DNA of 64,000 nucleotides from Botryllus schlosseri (taxonomy: Eukaryota). The translations under genes were made by a program, and so were the position numbers. The stretch lies in NCBI GenBank assembly GCA_051294905.1, contig CM119379.1, positions 23,870,001-23,934,000 of the forward strand, read 5' to 3'. Position 1 is the stretch's first letter; each line of letters begins with the position of its first letter. The notes under the pieces were generated by a model. That model had not been told where the DNA came from and searched no databases. It saw only the letters and a program-made list of their open reading frames with translations. Positions 29,801-41,800 of the stretch are shown here, one piece after another.

Positions 29801-32800
29801 ATTAAAATTTACTTTTTTCATTTTCAATTTTGATCCTTTCATTTCTAATATTAGAATTTTCAAGCTTATTGTAAAAAAACTAAACCTACATCTTGATGGA
29901 ATATTTATTACTGTTCTCTGATTGCTTATGAATTTGAAATCATGACTTCAGTTTTTATTACAAAATTAATGTACATTCTTGTGTCGGAGTCACTAGCTCG
30001 CGGTGTCATCCATATATCTGGTTAATGCCCATATTTTGAGACGAAGTACCCAAATTCTTTTGATATTTCCTCTGGACGAGCATGTCCACATTCAAGTCGA
30101 AATACAAGCAATTACTACTAAATAAATACAGTCCATCCTCAAGATTACCGGACCACGACTGACCTATCGATCTCGCTTCCCATGACATGCCGCCCTATTT
30201 ATTGTCGCTTTCTTTTTCTATACTATCTTCTTTACTTTCATTCAGTGTGCATGCCTCCTCTTTACATCGCCTAGGCCAAGGTGGGTGTCAGATTCCATAG
30301 ACTGCTCCTTGTCGCTTCGACACCTTCCTGTCTTTTCATTGTATCGCATTTTTTTTGTGGTGTATTGAACTGATAAAATTGCTAATAAACCAATGATGAT
30401 GATGATGATGATGAATATGATTGTGTCTTATCTAGACTCAATACCAAATGATGAGCGAACAACTGCGATGGATAACACTGTCTCATCACAATCGACGTCC
30501 GCCGACCAACAGATCCAATCGTCAGTGATTTCTTTGAAGACAGGTTGGTGCATTGTTCTATTCTCAAAGAATATTAAGAATCATCCAGGATAGCATGGAG
30601 GGGTGATGTAAGACTTAGCAAGCCATACAAGGCTATATCTGCACCTTCCTTAGTCAGCGGTATATGCACATCATGCACTCATGGTATGCATATGCATATA
30701 CACAAATCCTGTGTATATATATGATGAGTCAGTGTCTAGGCTGCAAAAACATCAAGGCCAAAATATAGATGTCCTATTCATATTGCTATTTATCAAACCA
30801 GATGATACTCCGAAGCCTTCTGGCCTGGCTAAGAAGAGACCGGGAAAATCAAAGCGGCCTGTACATGGACGCCCCGGCGGGGCAAAACACGGCGTCAGCT
30901 TTGTCCCGGGACTGATCGATGATCCAGAACAAGACGCAAAAGAAGGACCGTTAGCCAGTGTAGATCAGGTAGAACTGCCCACACTGTATAATTTAACGGG
31001 ACCTTTTTCAAGCTGCTTATTTTGACAGATTCTCGGGCCAGAAGAGGATCCGTTATCAATAGTTTTCAGCAAATGCATGAAAACAGATTATCAAGGCAAC
31101 GTATCGGAGTATTACGAAGCGAAAGACTATGAAATACAATCTGTTCTGGCCAAAAGCCAAATTTCATACAACAGTAAGGAAAATGTATTTGGCATTGACA
31201 TATCATTTTGAATGAGCAGTAAATTCCATTCCCAAATCTTGCTGCTGGAGTGATAACCTCAAATAATGACTTTTACATCATTTCTAGAAAGATTACAACA
31301 TCCCACCTTTGGATGTACGTAAATGGGTATAATTCTAGCTGGCTACATACTTTATTAGTGGAGTACAGTATATGCAATGCATATGTTGAGATTAACGTAT
31401 GATTTTGCTAATATCGCTCAATGGCCTATTTACCTCCATAGCTTTCCTCGCATTCCAATTTGGTCAGGAATAACGTATCAACTACCCATCATTACAGAAA
31501 AGTACCAAGAAGATCTGGGTATCGTGTTTTACAAGGACTCCGCTCGTCACGTGGCCAGGTTTTCGCGAGTGCTGGCCTTGGAAGAACGCGGAAACGCGCT
31601 TTGCATATCCGGCACTAAATTCTCTGGAAGAAAATCTTTTTGCCGACTGGCCGCATTCATCGCAAAGTCGAATTTGATCCATGTGAAGAGCGACAAGAAT
31701 AACGACGTACGGCAGATATTTAGGAGGTCAGCCGTTGATAAAATTGTGTTATGTTTCAAAAATAGATTGGCTGCTTAGCAGGGTTGTAATGTCATGACTC
31801 GACTCGAGTCAATTTTTCAAATGTGTAAAATGACTTGAGTCGAGTCAATTTTTATATTGACTCGACTTCTACTCGAGTCATTGTGCGTGACTCGAACCAA
31901 GTCATATGACTCGAGACTAGGACGGCTAAGACAGACGTTTCATTGTAACTTCGAAGAATAGTAATATCTCCACATGATTGGTATTTCGTCTATCACTCCT
32001 GATAATTGGAAAAGATGGCCCAAAAATAACGATATTATGAATGCGTGCCATGCTATGTCACTCGGGCATAGTTGAAAAAAGAGGGTTGAACCGGTTTTAA
32101 CTCAAAACTGAACAGTGAGCATAATGACTTGGACTCAGAAGTCACAGCACTATAGCTTTGACTCGGCCATCCGCTAACTAACTTTGACTCGGTGAATTGA
32201 ATACGACTCGACTTGACTCGCGTCAAAACTATAAAAGTGAGATTGAATTTTGACTCGGAACCTTGCGACTTGGTTACAACCCTGGTTGAGCCCTACTTTT
32301 ATGATGTCCATAATTTATGGAATATCTAACGAAATTTACGTGCATTATTTCAGTTGCGTTATCCGAGCCAGCAAAAGTGCGGGTTTGGAGAACAAAAGCA
32401 CCACGCTGCTATTTGACGAAGAATTCTCCGACGATATCGACTGTCTCATGAATATATGCGCCATCGTAAAAGAAGGTATTCTGCTTCACCCTTAACCGCG
32501 AGATGCCTGACAAATACTATGTTAAAATGTATCGTTTGTTATTTCGTTTGCAGTCTTTTTACAAAAATAGCGTCACAGATGTTGCTTCATTTTTATTTTC
32601 GCAATTTTTTGTGCAATCAGGCTAAAAGCGTTTTTAATTTCAGGGAGTTACCCATCTCTGTACAAACACAGTGAACTGGCCGACATCGCTTCCAACATGT
32701 CATCAGATTCTGGATTCATAAGCCTGGAAGCGTCAGTCCATCGTCCGCCGATTGGCGACAAAATGGACCGTTGTCTTCAGCTGTTTTTCAAACGCGTCCT

Positions 32801-35800
32801 CGCAAACCTGCATGTCGTCGTGCTCATGCATTACCCTTCTTTGCAAGGTGTGTTGGATAAGTAGTTCTTTGGTTTGGTTAGCTTGATGTCTTTTTTTCAA
32901 GTTCTGCTTGTTTCTTCGATGGTATATAATGGAGCTAATTGTAGTAGCCGCTGTCCTGAAAAGTTTGTCTCAATTTATTATCACTCAATAATAGTTCTTT
33001 TCATTATAATTTGAAATAACTTGACTCGAAATATGAGCACTCAATTTGTTATTTGTGAAATGCAGGTGTTAAAAGTAAAAATTGGTAATTAATTCGTCTT
33101 TAACCGATTGGCACCGGCTGCCATTTTCGAAAAATTTTACTTCATTTTTCAAAATCGAAAAATGGTACCTTCCTGGGATCCGAACACTGCAACCAAGGTG
33201 TCGTTCGATTCAAAATGTCAACGCGCAACCGATTGCGCCATCCAAATCGCTACCGTCGCCGTGTCTGATTACTTATATGAAGAGCAAGCCGAGCAAACGT
33301 TGGTTGGGAACAGACATGCTAAATTGCGTACTTTATGAACCTTAGTATAGGTATTCGACGACGATACAGTCTGGTGTATTGTATAGGCTTAGAATTCATC
33401 GTTCTAGAGAGCCCTGAGTCGACGGTCTACGTCTAGCAGGCGCTAATTTCTAATCAAAACAATGCCGACCGTTTTAGTCAGCTCGCGGCAGACCGCCGAG
33501 AGAGTGAGTCATGGCGCGTGATGCGCGCGCGTATGGTAAGTTCTAAGGCTTATAACTCAAACGGTTGTGACCCTATATTAGTCATTTTAGTGTTCGTAGA
33601 CGGATATTTACAGTCCTTACCATAATGATTTACTGCAAATGCTTATCATTACTACAACGTAAGATATATATCAATGTACGACAGCTCTTTGTATACCCAG
33701 ACGCACGCTTTTGCGTAGGTATAATCGCTGAGTAATATTGTATGTATTCCGAATTATACTTTACCATTAGCCGTTATTTAGAATCATATAGGCTACAACA
33801 ATTCACAGACACAATCTATGAATGTTTATGGCTATCAGAACACGAAATATTTCACGGTATGTGACGGGTATTCAGCCATGTGCTTGAAGCTGGTACGGTA
33901 GTCTGACGGAATTCGCTTCCCGGTTTTCAAATGAAACCTTGAGCGGTATAGAACTAACTAGTATAGTTGCTTTAGCAAAATATAAACAGAAACTGACAAT
34001 CGCTATTCATAGCAACAAACTACAGCTGGTTATGACGAATAAAACCAACTAAACGACAGTGTATATAGCGGGTATGAGGAACGCGCGTGTCTGCGAAATG
34101 ATGCGTCGGCGGATATTTTTGTCACGCGGCCTATCACATAACTTTTGATCAGCTTAGGTGTAACTAATATCAGATATGAAGATACGTGTGGACTTGTATG
34201 GACACTAGCTATTCACATAATGAAACAACTATGCCCGAAGACGGCCAGAACGAAACATACAGAACGTTATATGAGAGTGGTCAATGACGCGCGAATTGCC
34301 GACACAGTGTATTTTGCAACATATTTATCTACGGCGTTTGATATACGATTTTGACGTCTTCGATATAATAAATATCAAATTACAATCAATGAACTTGTAC
34401 GAACAATATCTATTCGCAGAAATGAACAGCAACGACCTAGCACGATTAATATGTAATATATCGTGGGTTCAATTACGGTACTTTTCTCACGTACTGGCAT
34501 GTCGAAAAATAGACACGCCGGTGCGAAACGGTTAAATGTGGAATTCATGTTCGGTTACGATTTTATTCGAACATGTTTAATCTCTCTCTCGAAATATGAA
34601 CACTCAATTTGTTATCTACCAACTGTATATTGTGAAAATGCGATTTGGGAACTATATTGTCTGTTTCTATGGAACTCCTGTGAATTTGCGATAATCTTTT
34701 GAGTCTGACTCGAAATATGAACACTCAATTTGATATCTGTTGAATATATATAGTGATAATACGATTTGAGAACTATTTTGTCTGTTTCCGTTGAGTTCCT
34801 ACGAAATTTTAAGCAAATTTGAAAATTTTGAAACTCGAATCCTTTGAACCTGACTCGAAATAGGAACTCTCAATTCGCTATCTACCGAATATAAATGGTG
34901 ATAATACGATTTCAGTGCTATTTTGTTTGTTTCTGTGGAATTCCTGTGAAATTTTGAGGAAAATCGAAAATTTTGAGTTATAGTCTTTCGTTTAAAACCT
35001 GTCCTTCGCACTTCAGAGGGGGAGTTCGCGTCGTTGAAGGAGCAAACTTCTGACAGCATATTCTTTCACCGTTGTCACGGGTTCAAATCTTTGCATGAAA
35101 CGTTTAAAAAGTAAGTGTTTGACATTCATTTGAAAATTTGTATGTTACAATAGTAAAAGCTACTTTTGGATGCGCGAGCATGGTAATTAGCGCAAATATT
35201 TCACTTGTATAAATTAAACATGGAACGGCAACGACCGATTTTGCAGCTTCGTTTCGCTTCGCCGAGGCTGGAGTGGAGAATTGTTTTGCGTAAGCGACTG
35301 TAGGATTTCTGGCAATCCAAAAGCTATCTTCCCGAGCGCAGAAATTACTGAATCTGGCCTTGATCGAAAGCTACTGTTGCACCGATTCCGAAAACATAAA
35401 TTAAAATGATGATCGGGCACTGGTCCACCTAGAATATGTTCTACAAGTCTGAAATATCGGCATTGTTCAGAACAATCGGGTAACTGCAACACAATGGCCA
35501 TAACAATGACCCGTTGCGACTCTGCGACTGTTCGAACAATGCCGTAATTTCAGACTTGGAGGACGTATTCTAGGCGGATCAGTGCCTGATCATTATTTTA
35601 ATTTCTATTTTCGGAATCGGTGCAACAGTAGCTTTCGATCAAGGCCAGATTCAGTAATTTCTGCGCTCGGGAAGATAGCTTTTGGATTGCCAGAAGTCCT
35701 ACAGTCGCTTACGCAAAACAGTTCCCCACTCCAGCCTCGGCGAAGCGAAACGAAGCTGCAAAATCGGTCGTTGCCGTTCCATGTTTAATTTCTATAATTT

Positions 35801-38800
35801 CACTGCTTTAAATTTTCACATTACTGTTGTCACATTGATTTGTTTCACTAGTGGAATCATTGATGTTGCTGATGTGAGAACATCTGACCTTGCTACGAAC
35901 TGTTTAGATGTCCTGAATTTCTCACACACTTTGCGAGTGTCGACTTCTACCAACCCTGGAACCAAAACGGATGGCTGAAACTAACCGAAACTTTCCTCGC
36001 CAATAACGAAAGTAAGGAGTTTGGATAGTTTTGCATAGTTATCATATTTCAAGAGCTTTGCACGGAATATTTTGAGCAAATTTGCTGCCCACCTTTTTGA
36101 ATGACACACACAATGAGACTTGCGTTATCTTATAGTCATAGTGCAAACTTCAAGTGAATTTGTCTATATAGTTATCTCCTAATATCGGATTGAGGTCTTT
36201 AATTTGCTGCTGTGAACCCAGGTGTCAATTCACTTCCGTGGCCGGAAGACGTCAGGCCCAACGATTACATCACAAGGATTTGTTCTGCGATTTCGAGAAT
36301 CCATGAAGACTCCATTCATCGGCTCAAAGGTTTTTATTACTCCCATTTGATATTTGATATTCTATACTAGAGAACAGCTTCATAACCTCATTTTACCTCA
36401 GCTAAGATTTTTATGGTGGTTGTGTGGACCCCTAACAGCAAAAGAATGTAAATAAAAAATACGGACAGATCTATCTAATAAGGAAAATATAGTTTTATAG
36501 CTGTATTTCAACATTGGTCCTTCATTGACCCCTTAAAAATAGTCAGCGAATCCCCATGGAGCCCCAGGTTTACAATCCGGTAATAGGTTGGGGTGTATAC
36601 TAAAAATAATTGAATTTGGAAAAGTGGTCTTGATATATGGCCTTAAATATCTAATAAAATACTTCTGTTATAACGTTTTGTATTCTGGCGCCCTCTTGTG
36701 GTAGTGGAATTTCACAATCTCACCAAACTAGTCGAAAATAGCAAATTTTACCATCTCTTAATATCCGTTTATGCTATAAAGCTAGCTTTGGGCTGAAAAG
36801 CTGCAAAATAAAGATATTTCTATAGCATCTTTGTGTAACTAAGTCTAAAAAATGAACACCAGAATAGTTAAAAGCAAACTACTGCTTTTTTAAAGTGGAA
36901 TTAGGCGCTGATGCTATCCTTTTCTCTCAGCCGTACTACCAAACTCGTACAACGCGCTGATCAAGCCTTTAACTCTACAAACGACAGTAGATTTATTCGT
37001 GAATATCGCGCTGAAAGTAGGCTCCAACCAAAGAAAAGTATTGGAGAGGTATTCAATCGCTCTGAAAGCCACCGCCGCCGAATCGCCTTGACCTGACGTC
37101 TCGATTAAGGTTCGACAACGTGCTGTCAAAAATTCGCGACGCCGACACCGAAGTGGAGCATCTCAAGATGGGCAAAGCGGGACTGATTCCTCTGCTGCAG
37201 TCTTCCATCGAGAACGAGAGGTCTTGGAAGAGGCACGTGGAACAGGAGACCAAAGAATACGCCGAGGCTAAAGACAGGTGCGGCATCGAAGAGAAAATCA
37301 TCGAAGCCGTGGAGGAGGAATTGGAGACGTTGAGAATGAATACGAAAATCGCGTTCGACAAGGTGAGTTTTCGGTCGCTGTTATATTGATTTACTATCGG
37401 ATATATTACTCCACAACCCGGTGCTTTCTACCGTTAACAATTTTGCTTGATTCGTAGAAATAGACACTGCGATTCAGGTAGATCTCACTTGGTCCCAACA
37501 TTTTGGTCTTTGCTCTTTGGTGGATTCTACTGAATAAAGACCGCGTTCTGATATATCAACATCGTTTTCCGACACATGCCAGCTCATTTTAATGGCTTGT
37601 CCTTTTCTATAACTTAATATTCATTGTGCATGCCTCTTATTTACATCGTCCAAGGCCCACTATGGTGGTGAATAAATATAACTGTGATAGCGAAACGATT
37701 TTGGGCCAGCTTGAAACAATTCTTAACGTGACTTCGGTGAATGGGATACTACAGAGAAGAGAAGAAAGAATTTTTATGATGCAAGCTTTGCACAACGCAA
37801 CTCTTACATTATGTCCAACGATATCAAGCTCGTACATTTTAGACTGACTCCAAAGATTAACGAGCCATAAATCCTCAATTCTTTACGATTCGTTTCGGTG
37901 GTGCCCTATACTCCCACAGGAAAATGGTAATTAGTAGTGAATTGCAATTCTGGCTATTTTATGCTGCACTAATACGACCTGCTGAAGTCTGAGTTTAATG
38001 CACACCCTTTTGAAAGGCAATACAACATATGGCCCTGCTGGAATACTTGGTTACTCCAGCGTTAAATTCCATCATAGGCTGTCATCATAGGCGTAGCCTG
38101 GGGGGGGGGCAAAAGACACCATTCCCCCTCCCATTTTCGACTTGTACATTGTGACTCCATTCGTATCAATACTTCTCATCAGAGTTGACTGAAAAGCTTG
38201 ATGAAACCTACTTATAATTCGATGATATGAATATATGTTTTGAGCGAATAACAACAAATATAACTAAACTTTCACTAAATCTACAATTTTCCAAATATCT
38301 CTACGCCCTACCTGAAAATGCTCCTGCATGGCCCAGTGGTTGAAAACCCCTGGTCTAGGCCCCGGCGGGCGTCTGATCTCAAAGACTACTCCAAGTCGTT
38401 TCGATACCTTCTAATCTTTTTGTTGTATCGCAATCTTGTGGGATTTTTGAAAGGATAAAATTATCAACAATAACCTGAACTGAATGTACAATCATCATTA
38501 CTGTCGAATCTGTTCGAGGCAGAAAATGGTGTATCAGTAAGTACGATTTTCTACCCTTTCAATACATAGCATGTTGTCTGTGAAAATCATTGAAGATATT
38601 TCTCTTGCCCAAACGATGTGTGATATCCGGTGAGAAAGTATTTTCTGAATTGGATATTGCCCGCAGACTGTATGTAGATAGCTGTGTAATGATGATTCCC
38701 GATTGTTTGCGAGACTGCTTCATAGAACGTATCGTATGTCAATAGAAAACTATATTCGATAATGATCTCTTTATTACCAGGTGAGCCCGCTTTTTGATGC

Positions 38801-41800
38801 GGCAGTCCACGCAATGCAAGCCGTCAGTGTGGGTGACATTGCCGAGTTGAAATCGTTCAAGAAACCTCCGAAAAGCGCGATCACGGTGGCTACAGTCCTC
38901 TGCGAAATCTTCAACGTGGTACCGGCAAACTGGGAAAACGGCAAGAATCTGATAATACAAGACCAGTAAGTCTATCGCGTCAATTAAGTTGAATGTTGTG
39001 TTTATGGCATTGTGTAATCTCCTCACTGGTAGAGCTGGGCAAAATCGAGTTATTTGATGCTGATTCAAGTAAAATGCTTCGAGTATCACTTATTATGACG
39101 TTATAATTTTGTCAAAATTGTAGCGTTAGGTCAAAAAACTTTTTCACAAATTCAAAATTTTTTTTGCGGCCCGCATTTCGTTTGTATCGTAGATGTTTCC
39201 ACTGTCGGTGAACTTATCATTTTACATTTTACATCTTGTAGCCTACCTTATAGGCCTACCGTTGCAGACAGTCCATTGTCTGCTTATTGTGAATCATAAA
39301 CGGTCAAATGAATCAAATAGGTTGACATGGTGTTATGCTGAGCGTACCGCAATCTCCTAGTACAATTCTAACATTATGTGGGAAAAACCCTAATTTACAC
39401 ACAAAGGGGAACATTTTGTCAAAATTAAGTTTTTTAAGGTAAAAAAATGTCCGTTTTTTACGTAAAAAAAATCGCCCTAGTTATAGCATTATGGAAGATG
39501 TGGAACGCTGAAATATGATTCTTTTATACAACCAAAAAGGATGTAATACACTCTCTACATCACAATAAAAATAATTTCGTATTTTTTCGATCATGGCTAT
39601 TCTGTTGCACTTTGCGACAATGCTGTGTTTCTCATCACCACTTTACAGATTTGTAATTTCTACTAACGTGCTTAGCTTCGTATTAGGTATATGTTTCGTA
39701 TGTTGCGGTACATCCAATCGTGGTGCCAAGGCTTCTACAGTTGAAAATGCCATCGAAACTATAATTTTCGTTAGTAAACCAACTCTAAATGGCAAAGAGC
39801 TTATAATTCCAGTACTCGAAAAAAATCATCTACGACTTCTCGACTGAACCATTACAATTGATACTCGATCCACATTTGTGTACTCAATCATTGGGCCCAC
39901 CCCGGGCCGGTCATGCCTTTAATTATCCGACCTCAAATTGATACCGGAAGAAAAAAGATATTTCAATTCTGAACACACCATGGCTTAAATATCGAATCGG
40001 CCTGTGTTATATATTTCAACTATTTCGAATTCGAACACTTCGGTTGAATGTGATCTATACTAATTGAAAAAAATATAAGAATAGATCCAATAGAAGTGTA
40101 GGCCTACTTTCTAATTCTGTATCCAAGATGCCGGAATGCCAGCGAGATATATCAGCAGATTCTACTGCGTGAATGCTTGTCTGCGCTAACTATTACCGGG
40201 ATATCTATTTCAAGAGATCTATTTCACCAACTGACACATCCCACTATATGTTCATCGCTTTTTCTTTTTGTGTTAATTTTGATGTATTACACATGCCTCT
40301 TACTTTTATTTTCTGGGCCAAAGTGCGTGTTTCATTGGGAGATAATACTCAGTCCAAATCCAACTTCCTATCCTTCCTTCATTTTATCGAAATCTTTTGG
40401 TGTTTTGATATTATCAAATTAAGCTGGTACGAACTGAGTGACATACGCTTTCTAATTTATACTATATCCGATGGTAAACGCTTTACCAATCTATGCTTTA
40501 CCACGCTAGGTTTTTCGAAGAGCTGGAATTCTACGACAAAGACAATATCCCAGAACCGCTCTTCCAATTACTTTCGCGTCGCGTGGCTGACCCCAATTTC
40601 CAGGTAAGGATATGGCTGCTTTGTCATTTTGCAATTGAATAGTAATTACGTCGTTACTGACCAACTGTGTTGGTTTAGTATATTCCAGAACTGGTATTCT
40701 AGAGTCCTAATTTCCTGGCTTGATCGATGCTTAACGAGTGAGCTAAAAATATTCGCTGTATTTCAATAAGCATATATATTTAAACTTGAATAATGATAAT
40801 TTGTCACGCTCTCTAAATTTCCGTCCCATCCACGAACAATCTTTCCTTTTCAGCCGCACGTCATCGCCAGAGGCAGCAGAGCGGCGGAATCGATATGCAT
40901 CTGGGTGCACGCGATCCATTCCTACGCGAAAATGTGCCGGTACATGGCCCCCAAAATCCAGAAAGTGAAGGAGACCAAGTCGCGACTGCGCAAGGCGCAA
41001 ATCACTCTCGGAGTAAAACGCGTCAGGTGACTACTAGAGCAGTGGTTGGGAACCTATGGCTCGCGAGCCATATATGGCTCTTTTGGGCATAAAGTATGGC
41101 TCTTTGCGAAAATTCAAATTTTGTGCATAATTTATCAACATTGCAGCAACTTGTTATTAAATCGTCAACACGACCGGTATAATTATTCTTGTGGCAGTAT
41201 AAACATGTATTTGAGAGTGGCGTATTCAGGGTTAGGGGCTAGGACCCCCTTTTCAAAATCCTCAAACCTAAGTTGCTGTCTTGCCTGCGACCAATATCAC
41301 TCCCGAATCTCGAAGTATCCGCCACGAAATCTCGGATTGCACGATGCGTTGATTGCCCAATGAGAATAACAGACAAGGCGTCGCCTGTATGACAATGCAG
41401 TTTTCAAATACACATTGTCTTCCTGATCTACGGCGAGAAATGAACTCCGTGGAAGTGACATTCACAATTACAAATTCAACTTACAAACAACGCCATATAG
41501 TGATCCACGTTCTTGATTGACAACGTAGCTTTGTAGTTGCTGTTCAAATGTAGCCGTGTGGCATAACGTTATGTTACCGCCGAATACTTTGAGAATTGAG
41601 AAATCGAATCTGAATTGGTGCGGCAATTACATTCAATGGTCAACAGAACGAAAAAAAAATTGGGCAGAACATCTAAGAGCCGTTTCTTGGGTTTTCGAGG
41701 TTGCTGATTACGAATATCACATTAGTGATTAGAGATTGGCTCTTGTACCCCTAAAAAAGTCCAAAAGTACTCTATTTACCATTGAATATTTCACTTGGCA

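Noticed and set aside
33082-33345. Overlapping + ORFs and a candidate exon at 33066
   Set aside because: No dynein similarity, splicing it in creates a TGA, and the frame is preserved without it. The region is the antisense of the tRNA-like sequence.
35214-35788. Pair of near-identical ORFs on opposite strands
   Set aside because: A consequence of the inverted repeat; no recognisable protein features.
37053-37361. Minus-strand ORFs antisense to exons (also 6719-7051, 3071-3334, 38739-39089, 1326-1532)
   Set aside because: Shadow ORFs of GC-richer dynein exons with no independent motifs or splice structure.
40173-40607. 144-aa ORF with hydrophobic stretches resembling a membrane protein
   Set aside because: It is a translation of the T-rich LINE 3' tail, running out of frame into exon 40510-40603.
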